From NCBI GenBank assembly GCA_963667465.2, contig CAXXDN010000002.1, positions 608,001-672,000 on the forward strand: DNA of 64,000 nucleotides, read 5' to 3'. The position numbers and the translations under genes are program-made. Shown in pieces: positions 29,103 through 38,234 of the stretch. This DNA comes from Dehalococcoidia bacterium (lineage in GTDB: Bacteria; Chloroflexota; Dehalococcoidia; UBA2979). Numbering within the stretch: the first letter of the stretch is position 1; every line of letters begins with the position of its first letter. The notes beneath the pieces are model-generated. The model was not told the origin of the DNA, made no database searches, and saw only the letters and a list, made by a program, of their open reading frames with translations.

Positions 29103-29129
29103 GGCGGCGGCGCGGGTGGTGACGTAGGG
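29103..29129 (+). repeat. 27-bp direct repeat, copy 2
   Basis: identical to 28109..28135. Confidence 0.92.
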
Positions 29130-29255
29130 GGCGGCGGCCTCGCGCCTCGGCGACTTGCTCCGCGCAGCGCGCACCCCGCCCCGTGTGGACGGCCTGTTGA
29201 ACGGGGCGGGGCTGGGCTACACTGGCGGGCATCCCCGGAGAGGCGCGCTGACGCC

Positions 29256-31886
29256 CTGACCACACCGGTTCGCAGGCAGTATCTGGCGCTCAAGGCGCAG
29301 CATCGCGACGCGCTGCTGCTGTTCCGCATGGGCGACTTCTACGAGGCGTTCGACGACGATGCGGCGCGGCTCGCGGAGACGCTCGGGATCGCGCTCACCT
29401 CGCGGACGCTCGGCAAGGGCGAGGGCCGCGTGCCGATGGCCGGGATCCCGCACCACGCGCTCGATCGCTACCTCGACCAGCTCGTGACGGCGGGGCTGCG
29501 CGTAGCGCTCGCCGAGCAGGTCGAGCCCCCCGGCCGCGGGCTCGTCGAGCGGCGCGTGCTGCGCGTCATCACGCCCGGCACCGTCGAGGCCGGCGCACTG
29601 CTGCCCGAGGGCAGCCACAACTGGCTCGTCGCGCTCGCGCCGGAGCCCGCCGCAGCGCGGCGGAGCAGCAGGGAGACTGAGCGGCGCTGGGGCCTCGCCG
29701 CCTGCGACGCGACGACCGGCGAGCTGGAGTGCCAGCTGGTCGCGGAGGGCGCGCTCGGCGGCGAGCTGGCGCGGCTCGCGGCGCGCGAGCTGCTGCTGCC
29801 CGAGGGCGCGGCGGGGGCGCTGCCCGAGGAGCTCGCGCCGGAGGCGCGGCGCACGAGCAGGCCGGCGCGGGCCTTCGCGCCGGGCGAGGCGGAGCGGGCG
29901 CTCTGCGAGCGCTACGGCGTCGCGAGCCTCGAGGGCTTCGGGCTGGCGGGGCTGGAGGCGGCCGTGGGGGCGGCGGGGGCGCTGCTCGGCTACCTCGAGG
30001 AGTCGTGGCCGCAGGCGCTGCGCCAGCTGCGCACGCCGCGCACGCCGCGGCCGGGCGAGTTCGTCGCGCTCGACGCGCAGACGCGGCGCACGCTGGAGCT
30101 GTTCGAGAGCACGGGCGGGACCGAGACCACGCTGCTGGGGACGCTCGATCGCACGCTGACGGGACCGGGGGCGCGGCTGCTGCGCGAGCGGCTGGGGCGG
30201 CCGCTGCGCGACGCCGAGGCGGCCGAGGCGCGGCTCGACGAGCTTGCGGTCTGGCTGGAGGCGCCGCTGGCGCGGGCGGGCCTGCGGCGCGCGCTGCGCG
30301 GGCTGCAGGACATCGAGCGGCTGCTCGGGCGCGTGCGCGCGGGCAGCGCGGGGCCGCGCCAGCTGCTGCAGCTGCGGCGCGGCCTGGAGCGGCTGCCGGA
30401 GCTGGCCGAACAGGCGCGCGCAGCCGGCGGCGCGGCGGGGCCGATCGCCGCGGAGCTCGGCGGCACCGGCGAGACGGCCGAAGCGCTCGCGGCGGCGCTC
30501 GCCGAGGACCCGCCCGAGGCCGGCGAGGGCGAGTCGCTGCGGGCCGGGGCGGACGCGGAGCTGGACGCGCTGCGGGCGGTCGCCGCCGACGCGCGCGGGG
30601 CGCTCGCCGACCTCGAAACTGCGGAGCGTGAGCGCAGCGGGCTGCGCAGCCTCAAGGTCGGCTACCACCGGGTGTTCGGCTACTACCTGGAGCTGCCGCG
30701 GACGCAGGCCGGGCAGGCGCCGCCCGAGTACGAGCCGCGCCAGACGCTGGCGAACGCGCAGCGCTTCCGCTACCGCCCGCTGAGCGAGCTCGAGGACCGT
30801 ATCCTCGGCGCCCGGGAGCGGCTCGTCGAGGCGGAGCGGGCGGCGCTGGAGCGGCTCTGCGAGCAGGTCGCGGCGGCGGGCCCGGCGATCGAGCGCGCGG
30901 CGGCGGCGGTGGCGCGGCTGGATGTGGCTGCCGCGCTTGCGGAGCTGGCGGCCGATGGCGGCTACGCGCGCCCGCGACTGCGGCCGGCGGGGCCGATCGT
31001 GATCGAAGAGGGGCGGCACCCGGTGGTCGAGCGGCGGCTCGAGCCGGGGGCGTTCGTGCCGAACGACGCGAGCCTCGGCGAGGACGCTGCGATCGTCGTG
31101 CTGACCGGGCCGAACATGGGGGGCAAGTCGACCTACCTGCGGCAGACGGCGCTGATCGTGCTGCTCGCGCAGTGCGGCAGCTACGTGCCGGCGGCGCGCG
31201 CCGAGATCGGGATGGTCGACGCGATCTTCACGCGCGTGGGGGCGCACGACGACCTCGCGGGCGGGCGCTCGACGTTCATGCTGGAGATGGTGGAGACGGC
31301 GCAGATCCTGCACCGCGCGAGCGAGCGATCGCTGGTGCTGCTCGACGAGATCGGGCGCGGCACCTCGACGCGCGACGGGCTCGCGATCGCGCGCGCGGTG
31401 GTGGAGGCGCTGCACCACCGCCCGGGGGGCGCCCCGCGCACGCTGTTCGCGACGCACTACCGCGAGCTGACGGCGCTGGCCGGGCTGCTGCCGCGCGTCG
31501 CCAATCGCGCCGTCGCGGTCGCCGAGCAGGGCGGCGAGCTGGTCTTCCTGCATCGCATCGAGGACGGCGCGGCGGATCGCGCCTACGGCGTTCACGTCGC
31601 AGCGCTCGCCGGACTGCCGCGCGCCGTGGTCTCACGGGCGCGCGAGCTGCTCGCGCAGCTCGAGGCGGCGCCGCAGGGCGCCGAGTGGGGCAGTGCAGGC
31701 GCAGGACTGACTGCTGCTGCGGAGGATGTTGCCGGTGGCCAGCTGCCGCTGCTGGCGGCGCCGGGGGATGCGCTGACCGAGGAAGTGGCGGCGCTCGAGC
31801 CGGACGAGCTGAGCCCGCTCGAGGCGCTGCAGCGGCTCTACGAGCTGCGCGCCGCGGCGCGGGCGCGGCTGGGCGTGGAAGGCTGA
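29256..31886 (+). CDS. mutS: DNA mismatch repair protein MutS (probable CTG start)
   Basis: TPVRRQYL..K..H.DALLLFRMGDFYE, GPNMGGKSTY, STFM, DEIGRGTST, FATHY. Confidence 0.95.
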   Translation: MTTPVRRQYLALKAQHRDALLLFRMGDFYEAFDDDAARLAETLGIALTSRTLGKGEGRVPMAGIPHHALDRYLDQLVTAGLRVALAEQVEPPGRGLVERRVLRVITPGTVEAGALLPEGSHNWLVALAPEPAAARRSSRETERRWGLAACDATTGELECQLVAEGALGGELARLAARELLLPEGAAGALPEELAPEARRTSRPARAFAPGEAERALCERYGVASLEGFGLAGLEAAVGAAGALLGYLEESWPQALRQLRTPRTPRPGEFVALDAQTRRTLELFESTGGTETTLLGTLDRTLTGPGARLLRERLGRPLRDAEAAEARLDELAVWLEAPLARAGLRRALRGLQDIERLLGRVRAGSAGPRQLLQLRRGLERLPELAEQARAAGGAAGPIAAELGGTGETAEALAAALAEDPPEAGEGESLRAGADAELDALRAVAADARGALADLETAERERSGLRSLKVGYHRVFGYYLELPRTQAGQAPPEYEPRQTLANAQRFRYRPLSELEDRILGARERLVEAERAALERLCEQVAAAGPAIERAAAAVARLDVAAALAELAADGGYARPRLRPAGPIVIEEGRHPVVERRLEPGAFVPNDASLGEDAAIVVLTGPNMGGKSTYLRQTALIVLLAQCGSYVPAARAEIGMVDAIFTRVGAHDDLAGGRSTFMLEMVETAQILHRASERSLVLLDEIGRGTSTRDGLAIARAVVEALHHRPGGAPRTLFATHYRELTALAGLLPRVANRAVAVAEQGGELVFLHRIEDGAADRAYGVHVAALAGLPRAVVSRARELLAQLEAAPQGAEWGSAGAGLTAAAEDVAGGQLPLLAAPGDALTEEVAALEPDELSPLEALQRLYELRAAARARLGVEG

Positions 31887-31890
31887 GCGC

Positions 31891-33696
31891 GTGACCACCG
31901 GGGCCGCCGCACGCTCCCCTGCCGCGGGCCGCGAGCCGATCCGGCTGCTGCCGCCCGAGGCGGCGGCGCGGATCGCGGCCGGCGAGGTGATCGAGCGGCC
32001 CGCCTCGATCGTCAAGGAGCTGATCGAGAATGCGCTCGACGCGGGCGCGGGGCGGATCGAGGTCGCCGTCGAGAGCGGCGGGATCGACCGCATTCGCGTG
32101 CGCGACGATGGCTGCGGGATTCCCGCCGATCAGCTCGCCGACGCCTTTGAGCGGCACGCGACCTCGAAGCTGCGCCGCGCAGAGGAGCTGTTCGCGGTGC
32201 GCTCGCTCGGCTTTCGCGGCGAAGCGCTGGCGGCGATCGTCGCCGCCGCCGAGGTGGACTGCACGACGCGCGTGGCGGGGGAGTCGGCGGCGGCGACCGC
32301 GCGCTATCGCGGCGGGCGGCCGGCGGCGCAGGGCAGTGCCGCGGGCGCGCCGGGGACGAGCATCGAGGTGCGCGATCTGTTCGCGACGCTGCCGGCGCGG
32401 CGCGCCTTCCTGCGTTCGCCGCGCGCCGAGGCGCGGGCGGTGGCGCGCGTGCTCGAGGACTACGCGCTCGCCTACCCGGCGGTTGCCTTCCGGCTGGAGC
32501 TGGACGGGCGCGCGGCGCTGGCCAGTCCCGGGGACGGCGCGGCGCGCTCGGCCTGGGCGGCCGTCTACGACGCCGAGTCGGCGGGCGCGCTGCTGGCGCT
32601 CGATCATCGCGAGCCCGTCGAGGGCGGCGTGCTGGGGGTGAGCGGGCTGGCCGGGCCGCCCGCGCTGCACCGCGGCAACCGCGGCGCGCTGCACCTCGTG
32701 GCGAACGGGCGGGCGATCGGCGACCGCGCGCTGAGCTTCGCGGTCGAGCGCGCCTACGAGGGGCTGCTGCCGGTCGGGCGGCACCCGCTCGGGCTGCTGC
32801 GCGTCGACCTCCCGCCGGAACTGATCGATGTCAACGTGCACCCGACGAAGGCCGAGGTGCGTTTCCGCGACGAGCGGGCGGTGGCGCGCGCCATGGGCGC
32901 GGCGCTGCGGGCCGCCCTCGCGGGCGCCCCCGCGCCCGAGGGCCCGCCGCTTGCGGGGAGCGTGAGCGCGCCGTGGATTGCGCCGCCCAGCGCTGCCGCC
33001 GAGGGCGCCGCGCTGCCCTCGGCGGCAGCGCTGCTGCGCTCGGCGCGGCCGGCCGAGCCGCGTGAGGAGCCGGTGGAGCGGCCGGGGCTGCCGCTCGCCG
33101 AGCAGCTGCCGGCGCTGCGCCCGCTCGGGCAGGTCGACGAGACCTTCCTCGTGGCCGAGGCGCCGGACGGGCTCTGCCTCGTCGACCAGCACGCGGCGCA
33201 CGAGCGTGTGCTGTATGAGCGCGTGCGCGCGCAGCTCGCGGCCGGCGAGCCTGCCGCGCAGCCGCTGCTGCAGGCCGTGGTCGCGCCGCTCAGCGCCTCG
33301 CAGGCGGCGCTCGCGGCGGCCGAGGCGGAGCCGCTGGCGGCGCTTGGCTGGGTGCTGGAGGCGACCGACGACGCGGCGCTGATCGTGCGTGCGCTGCCGG
33401 CCTTGCTGGGGGATGGCGATCCCGGTACGGCGCTGGCGGAACTGCTCGACCGCATGGAGGCGGAGGAGCGGCTCTCGGGGCCGGACCGCACGGCGGCAAG
33501 CCTCGCCTGCCGCGCGGCGATCCGCGCCGGCGACCGCGTGAGTGAGGCGGAGCAGCGCGAGCTGCTGGCCGCCCTCGAGCGCTGCGCGCAGCCGCAGACC
33601 TGCCCGCACGGCCGCCCGACGCTGTTGCATCTCAGCCGCGAGCAGCTGCGCCGCTCCTTCGGGCGGCCGGCCGGGCCGGCGCGCCAGGACGCGTAG
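31891..33696 (+). CDS. mutL: DNA mismatch repair endonuclease MutL
   Basis: IAAGEVIERP, KELIENALDAG, GFRGEAL, DVNVHPTK, DQHAAHER, CPHGRP. Confidence 0.96.
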   Translation: MTTGAAARSPAAGREPIRLLPPEAAARIAAGEVIERPASIVKELIENALDAGAGRIEVAVESGGIDRIRVRDDGCGIPADQLADAFERHATSKLRRAEELFAVRSLGFRGEALAAIVAAAEVDCTTRVAGESAAATARYRGGRPAAQGSAAGAPGTSIEVRDLFATLPARRAFLRSPRAEARAVARVLEDYALAYPAVAFRLELDGRAALASPGDGAARSAWAAVYDAESAGALLALDHREPVEGGVLGVSGLAGPPALHRGNRGALHLVANGRAIGDRALSFAVERAYEGLLPVGRHPLGLLRVDLPPELIDVNVHPTKAEVRFRDERAVARAMGAALRAALAGAPAPEGPPLAGSVSAPWIAPPSAAAEGAALPSAAALLRSARPAEPREEPVERPGLPLAEQLPALRPLGQVDETFLVAEAPDGLCLVDQHAAHERVLYERVRAQLAAGEPAAQPLLQAVVAPLSASQAALAAAEAEPLAALGWVLEATDDAALIVRALPALLGDGDPGTALAELLDRMEAEERLSGPDRTAASLACRAAIRAGDRVSEAEQRELLAALERCAQPQTCPHGRPTLLHLSREQLRRSFGRPAGPARQDA

Positions 33697-34620
33697 CTAC
33701 CCGAAGAGCAGCTCCCAGGCGCGCTCGAGCTCGGGACGCGACGCCGCGAGCGCCGCGTCCGGCCTCGAGGGCGGCTGGCCGCGCGCGGCCGCCGCGGCGG
33801 CGGCGTGCAGCCAGCGGCCGGTGGCGTCGCCAGGCGGCGCGCCCGCGCGGGCGGCGGCGACGAGCAGCGAGGGCTGCTCGAGTGGCGCGATCAGCGCCTC
33901 GACGCCCGCGCCGCAGGCGGCGGCGGCGTAGAGGGCGCGCAGCGCAGCGCGCAGCGACGGCGTCGCAGCGGCGACATAACCTGCGTTTCCGGCGGCGAGC
34001 AGCGGCCGCAGCCGCGGCCTCTCGTTGCTGGCGGCGAGCGCACGCACGAGCTCGATCGCACGGCCGGGAGGCGCGGGCGGCGGCGCGGCGAGGCAGTCGA
34101 ACCAGGCCTCGGCGAGGCCGGCCCCGGCAAGCAGAACGCGCGCTTCGCTGGCGGCGAGCAGCAGGGCTTCGCGGTCTGCGCGGGCGCTGCCGGCGGGGGA
34201 GACGACGACGTGCGCGCCGGCCGTTGCGGCGGCGTCGAGCAGCTCGCGCGCGCCGGGGCGACCGGGGAAGACGGCGTTGACCGTGACGGGCGGCGGGATC
34301 TCCGCGAGCACCGCCGTCAACGCCTCGTGGCTGCCGCAGTCGAGCCAGAGCGGGACGCCGGGCTCCGCACCGCGGATCGCCGCCGCGGCCCAGGCGAGGT
34401 CGTTCGCGAGCCGGGCGGGCGGGACGCCGTCGCCGAGGCCGAGATTGAGGTCGAGCGCGACGCGCTCGAGCCCGGCGGCGCGTGCTGCCTCCAGCTGGCG
34501 GCGGGCGCGGGTGATCAGCGGCTGGGGACTACGGCGGCGCAGCGCCCTGGCGAGCGGGTCGCGCCACAGCTCGAGCGACTGGCCGACGAGCAGCGGGGCG
34601 GCGTTGGTTAGCGGAGGCAT
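33697..34620 (-). CDS. pterin-binding TIM barrel, AcsE/MeTr-like methyl-THF methyltransferase homolog
   Basis: ARRQ, ALDLNLG, LWLDC, TVNA, WFDC, GN and A..AGVEALI align by eye with AcsE motifs. Confidence 0.65.
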   Translation of the reverse strand: MPPLTNAAPLLVGQSLELWRDPLARALRRRSPQPLITRARRQLEAARAAGLERVALDLNLGLGDGVPPARLANDLAWAAAAIRGAEPGVPLWLDCGSHEALTAVLAEIPPPVTVNAVFPGRPGARELLDAAATAGAHVVVSPAGSARADREALLLAASEARVLLAGAGLAEAWFDCLAAPPPAPPGRAIELVRALAASNERPRLRPLLAAGNAGYVAAATPSLRAALRALYAAAACGAGVEALIAPLEQPSLLVAAARAGAPPGDATGRWLHAAAAAAARGQPPSRPDAALAASRPELERAWELLFG

Positions 34621-34636
34621 CGGGGCGCCGAAGGGA

Positions 34637-36157
34637 TCAGAACAGCTCCGGGAGGCCCGCGCGGCGCTCGCGCCACTCGATGAGCCGGCCGACCGTGCGG
34701 GCGGCGCGCGGTAGCGAGGGGAAGACGGCGAGCCCGTGCGCATAGGCCAGCTCCAGCACCTCGTCGGTGAGCCAGCGCTCGACGCCGCGGGCGCGGCGCA
34801 CGCCGATCACGGGGCGCTCGGCCTCGGCCTGGAGGTCGATCAGGTCCTGCATCGATTGCTTCTCAGCGAGCAGGCGGCGCTCCTCGCGGCGTCGCTCGCG
34901 CTCCGGGTCGGGCTTCGATCCCGGGGCCGGCGGGTCGACCCAGCTCGGCGCGCTCCCGGTGGTGACGAACAGCGCGTCGATGTCCGGGGCGTGCGCGGCG
35001 ACGCGCAGCAGCTCGCGCAGTGAGTCCTCGCGGGCGCCGCCGGAGTGGAAGTGGCTGGCGTCGATCGGGTTGCGGATGCTGTTACCGGCGACGGGCATGA
35101 GGCGGCGCAATTCGGCCGTCGTCTCCTCGGCAAGCTCCGGGAGGTCGACCCCGACGTTGGCCATCGCGTCGGCGGCGAGGACGGAGAAGCCGCCGCCGCC
35201 GCCGACCATCATCGCGCGCGGGCCCTGGACGTGGCGCAGGTTGGTGCTGACGCCGATCAGCAGGTCGTGCAGCTCGGTCATCGTCGCGGCACGGATCGCG
35301 CCGGTCTGGCGGCACATCGCCTCGAAGACGTCGCGCGAGCCGGCGAGCGATCCGGTGTGCGAGCTGGCGGCGCGCGCCCCGGCGGCGGTGAGGCCGCCCT
35401 TGAGGATGATCGTCGGCTTGACGCGCGCGCAGCGCCGCACCGCCTCGAACAGCGCGCGCCCGCCGTCCGCGCCCTCGAGGTAGGAGATCACGTACTCCGT
35501 GGCGGGGTCCGCGGCGGCGTAGTCGAACAGCTCGGGTGCGGCGACGTCGGCGGCGTTGCCGAAGGAGACGAGCTTGGAGAAGCGCACGCCGCGCAGCGCG
35601 AGGCCAAAGATGATGTCCATGGCGTTACCGCCGGACTGGGAGATCGCCATCACGTTGCCGGACTCGGAGGGGAAGCCGTTCTGGAAGGCGATCTTCTCGC
35701 CGGGAACGTAGAGGCCCATGCAATTGGGCCCGATCACGCGGATGCCGGCGTCGATCGCCCGCGCCATCAGCTGCTCCTGGAGCCTCGCCAGCTCCGGGTC
35801 GCCGATCTCGGCGAAGCCGGCGGTGTAGAAGTGGATCGAGCGCACGCCCTTCTCGATCGACTGCTCGATGAGCCCCTCGACGGCGCGCGCCGGGACGCTC
35901 GAGATCACGTGATCGACGGGGCCGGGCGTATCGAGCAGCGACGGGTAGGAGGGCAGCCCGCGAATCTCGTCGGTGTTCGGGTTGACGAGGTAGAGCGGCT
36001 TCTCCTTGTGGAAGCCGTGCTCCAGCAGGGCGAGCAGGAAGCCGCCGCCGCCGCCCGGTGCGCTCACCTCGCGCGGGACGCCGACGATCGCGATCGAGCC
36101 CGGGTGAAAGATCGGATCCAGCGGGTGCGGGGAGGTGTTCGCGGGCGCGTCGCTCAT
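34637..36157 (-). CDS. CoA-binding protein, ADP-forming acyl-CoA ligase alpha-subunit-like (copy 1)
   Basis: LDPIFHP.SIAIVG, IGPNCMG, SQSGG, SFGN.AD, SHTGSLAG, NPID. Confidence 0.87.
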   Translation of the reverse strand: MSDAPANTSPHPLDPIFHPGSIAIVGVPREVSAPGGGGGFLLALLEHGFHKEKPLYLVNPNTDEIRGLPSYPSLLDTPGPVDHVISSVPARAVEGLIEQSIEKGVRSIHFYTAGFAEIGDPELARLQEQLMARAIDAGIRVIGPNCMGLYVPGEKIAFQNGFPSESGNVMAISQSGGNAMDIIFGLALRGVRFSKLVSFGNAADVAAPELFDYAAADPATEYVISYLEGADGGRALFEAVRRCARVKPTIILKGGLTAAGARAASSHTGSLAGSRDVFEAMCRQTGAIRAATMTELHDLLIGVSTNLRHVQGPRAMMVGGGGGFSVLAADAMANVGVDLPELAEETTAELRRLMPVAGNSIRNPIDASHFHSGGAREDSLRELLRVAAHAPDIDALFVTTGSAPSWVDPPAPGSKPDPERERRREERRLLAEKQSMQDLIDLQAEAERPVIGVRRARGVERWLTDEVLELAYAHGLAVFPSLPRAARTVGRLIEWRERRAGLPELF

Positions 36158-36256
36158 CGGCTCACTCTCGCTACCCGCCGGACGGTTCGCTGTGCACGGC
36201 GCGCGCAACGCGCCCGATTGTAGCGCGCGGGCGCTTATGCGGGAGTCGTGCGCTGC

Positions 36257-37078
36257 TCAGAAGGAGGTCGCGGCCGTGAAGTGCGAGGCGTCGGGGACGC
36301 GGTAGCGCGACCAGCCGAGGTCCTCGACACGCGGTGCGGCGCCGGGGGGCGTCACGCGGCGCAGCGTGCGCGCGGAGAGCAGGCCCGCCTCGTGCGCGGG
36401 TGGCTCCACCTCGATCGCGACGGCGGGCAGAGCAGGTTCCGGCGCGCGGAACGCCGCCGCGACCTCCGAGTCGTCCGAGCTGATCTCGAGCAGCAGGGGG
36501 AAGGGGTGGGGGTTGCGAAAGCGCAGGTCGAGCACGCCGTACTCGATCGTCGCGTCGCGCCCGAGCTCGAAGTAGCGCGCCTCGCCGTAGCTGTCGACGG
36601 AGTGCGCGTGCCGCTCCACGATCTCGAGCGCGGCAAGCAGTCCGGCGTTGTACAGCACGGTGGAGAGCAGGCAGACGGCGCCGCCGGCCTCGGCCGTGAG
36701 CCGGCCGTCGACGATCGCCGCACCCTCCAGGTAGCCGTGCCGCGCGCTTGGCCGGCCGGTCCGGCGCCAGAGGGAGAGCACCTCGCCGGGGTCGATGCGC
36801 GTGCCGTCGAGGGCGGCGGCCATCAGTCGCTGGTTGTGCCGTTTGCCCTCGGCGAGGTGCACCTGGCCGGGGTAGATCTGCAGCGGCAGGCGGTAGCCCT
36901 CGAAACTGTGGGGGAAGGCGTCCAGTGAGCCGCGCCCGGCTGCGAAGGGGACGCCGTCGCGCCGATCGCGGAACTCACGGCGCAGGCGCGCCAGCTCGGT
37001 CCGCAGGCGGCGCGGCAGCCAGCGCCGGGCGAGGCGGCGCGATGCCGGGACGGTGGGCGCAGGCGGCGGGTGCGGCAT
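36257..37078 (-). CDS. VanW-family protein
   Basis: IDPGEVLSLW..G.PS...GY, GGAVCLLSTVLYN, ERHAHS, GRDATI, DLRFRN. Confidence 0.82.
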   Translation of the reverse strand: MPHPPPAPTVPASRRLARRWLPRRLRTELARLRREFRDRRDGVPFAAGRGSLDAFPHSFEGYRLPLQIYPGQVHLAEGKRHNQRLMAAALDGTRIDPGEVLSLWRRTGRPSARHGYLEGAAIVDGRLTAEAGGAVCLLSTVLYNAGLLAALEIVERHAHSVDSYGEARYFELGRDATIEYGVLDLRFRNPHPFPLLLEISSDDSEVAAAFRAPEPALPAVAIEVEPPAHEAGLLSARTLRRVTPPGAAPRVEDLGWSRYRVPDASHFTAATSF

Positions 37079-37128
37079 CCCGTTCGAGTATAGGCGGCCG
37101 AGCGCGGGCCGCGGGTGGCGGCGGCGGA

Positions 37129-37163
37129 CAACAAAACGCCGGGCGGCCCGAGCCGCCCGGCGT
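37129..37163 (-). terminator. intrinsic terminator after crotonase copy 1
   Basis: ACGCCGGGCGGC/GCCGCCCGGCGT stem followed by a T-rich tract on the minus strand. Confidence 0.75.
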
Positions 37164-37185
37164 GCTGTTCGGATCCTCGCGAGGC

Positions 37186-37974
37186 CTAGCGGCCGTGGAA
37201 GATCGGCTGGCGCTTCTCGGCGAAGGCGGCCGCGGCCTCCTTCGTGTCGTCCAGCTTCATCAGGCCGCCCATCGCCTGCGGGAAGGCGATGCCGAACTGG
37301 TAGGTCTCGGGGCGCGGGCGCGCCATCATCAGCTGCTGCTTCGTGACCTGAACGTGGACCGGCGGCAGGCCGGCGATCTCCTGGGCCAGCTCCATCGCGG
37401 TGCTCATGATGTCCTCGGGCGCGGTCACGTGGTTGACGAGGCCGAGCTCGTAGGCGCGCTGCGCCGTGATCTGGTGGCCGCGCAGCACGATCTCGGAGCC
37501 GGGCAGCCAGGGCAGGTTGTTGAGGATCGGCACGAACGCCGGGCCGATGATGCCGGTCGGCAGCTCGGACATGGCGAAGCGGGCGTTGTCCGCGGCGACG
37601 ACGATGTCGGAGCCGCAGCACATGTACCAGCCGGCGCCCCAGGCGCCGCCCTGGACGGCGGAGATGATCGGCTTGTCGGTCTCGGGGACCAGGTAGAGTC
37701 CGAAGATGTCGGCGCGGGAGGCGCCCCTGGCGCCCATGGTGTTGCCACCCCGCTCGGCCTGCTCGCGGATGTCGCGGCCGGCGCAGAAGATGCGGCCTTC
37801 GGCGCTGAGCACGACGCAACGCACGTTGTCGTCGCCCATCGCCTCCATCCAGGCGCCGCCGAGCTCGTCGCCCATCTGCTCGCCGAAGGCGTTGAGCCGC
37901 TCGGGCCGGTTCATGATGATGTTGGCGACGTGCCCGTCCACCTCGTACTTGACGTACTCTGCCTCGTAGGCCAT
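37186..37974 (-). CDS. crotonase/enoyl-CoA hydratase family (copy 1)
   Basis: NRPERLNA, FCAGRDI, KPII.AV.G, AYELGLVN, AFAEKR. Confidence 0.9.
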   Translation of the reverse strand: MAYEAEYVKYEVDGHVANIIMNRPERLNAFGEQMGDELGGAWMEAMGDDNVRCVVLSAEGRIFCAGRDIREQAERGGNTMGARGASRADIFGLYLVPETDKPIISAVQGGAWGAGWYMCCGSDIVVAADNARFAMSELPTGIIGPAFVPILNNLPWLPGSEIVLRGHQITAQRAYELGLVNHVTAPEDIMSTAMELAQEIAGLPPVHVQVTKQQLMMARPRPETYQFGIAFPQAMGGLMKLDDTKEAAAAFAEKRQPIFHGR

Positions 37975-38234
37975 CTGCGCTCCCTGTTCCTCGCTCCTGT
38001 GTGTCTGTCCGATGCGCGTACGCTGTGTCTCGCCGCAGGCCCGGGCGCCGCTCGAAACGGCGGCGTGCCCGAACACTCCGCGACCGGCTCGCACCCTACA
38101 CGACGGGCCGGGGAGGGGCAACGCGGCCGGGCGCCCGGCTGCTCCTTGCGCCACAGTGAGCCGAGTCGTGCTATACCGGCCTTCGCCGCCCGCCACACCC
38201 CGGGCGCGATGGCGCAGCGCGAAGGAGCCGCGAG

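Noticed and set aside
36257-37078. Vancomycin resistance locus
   Set aside because: A lone VanW-family gene without vanHAX or vanRS
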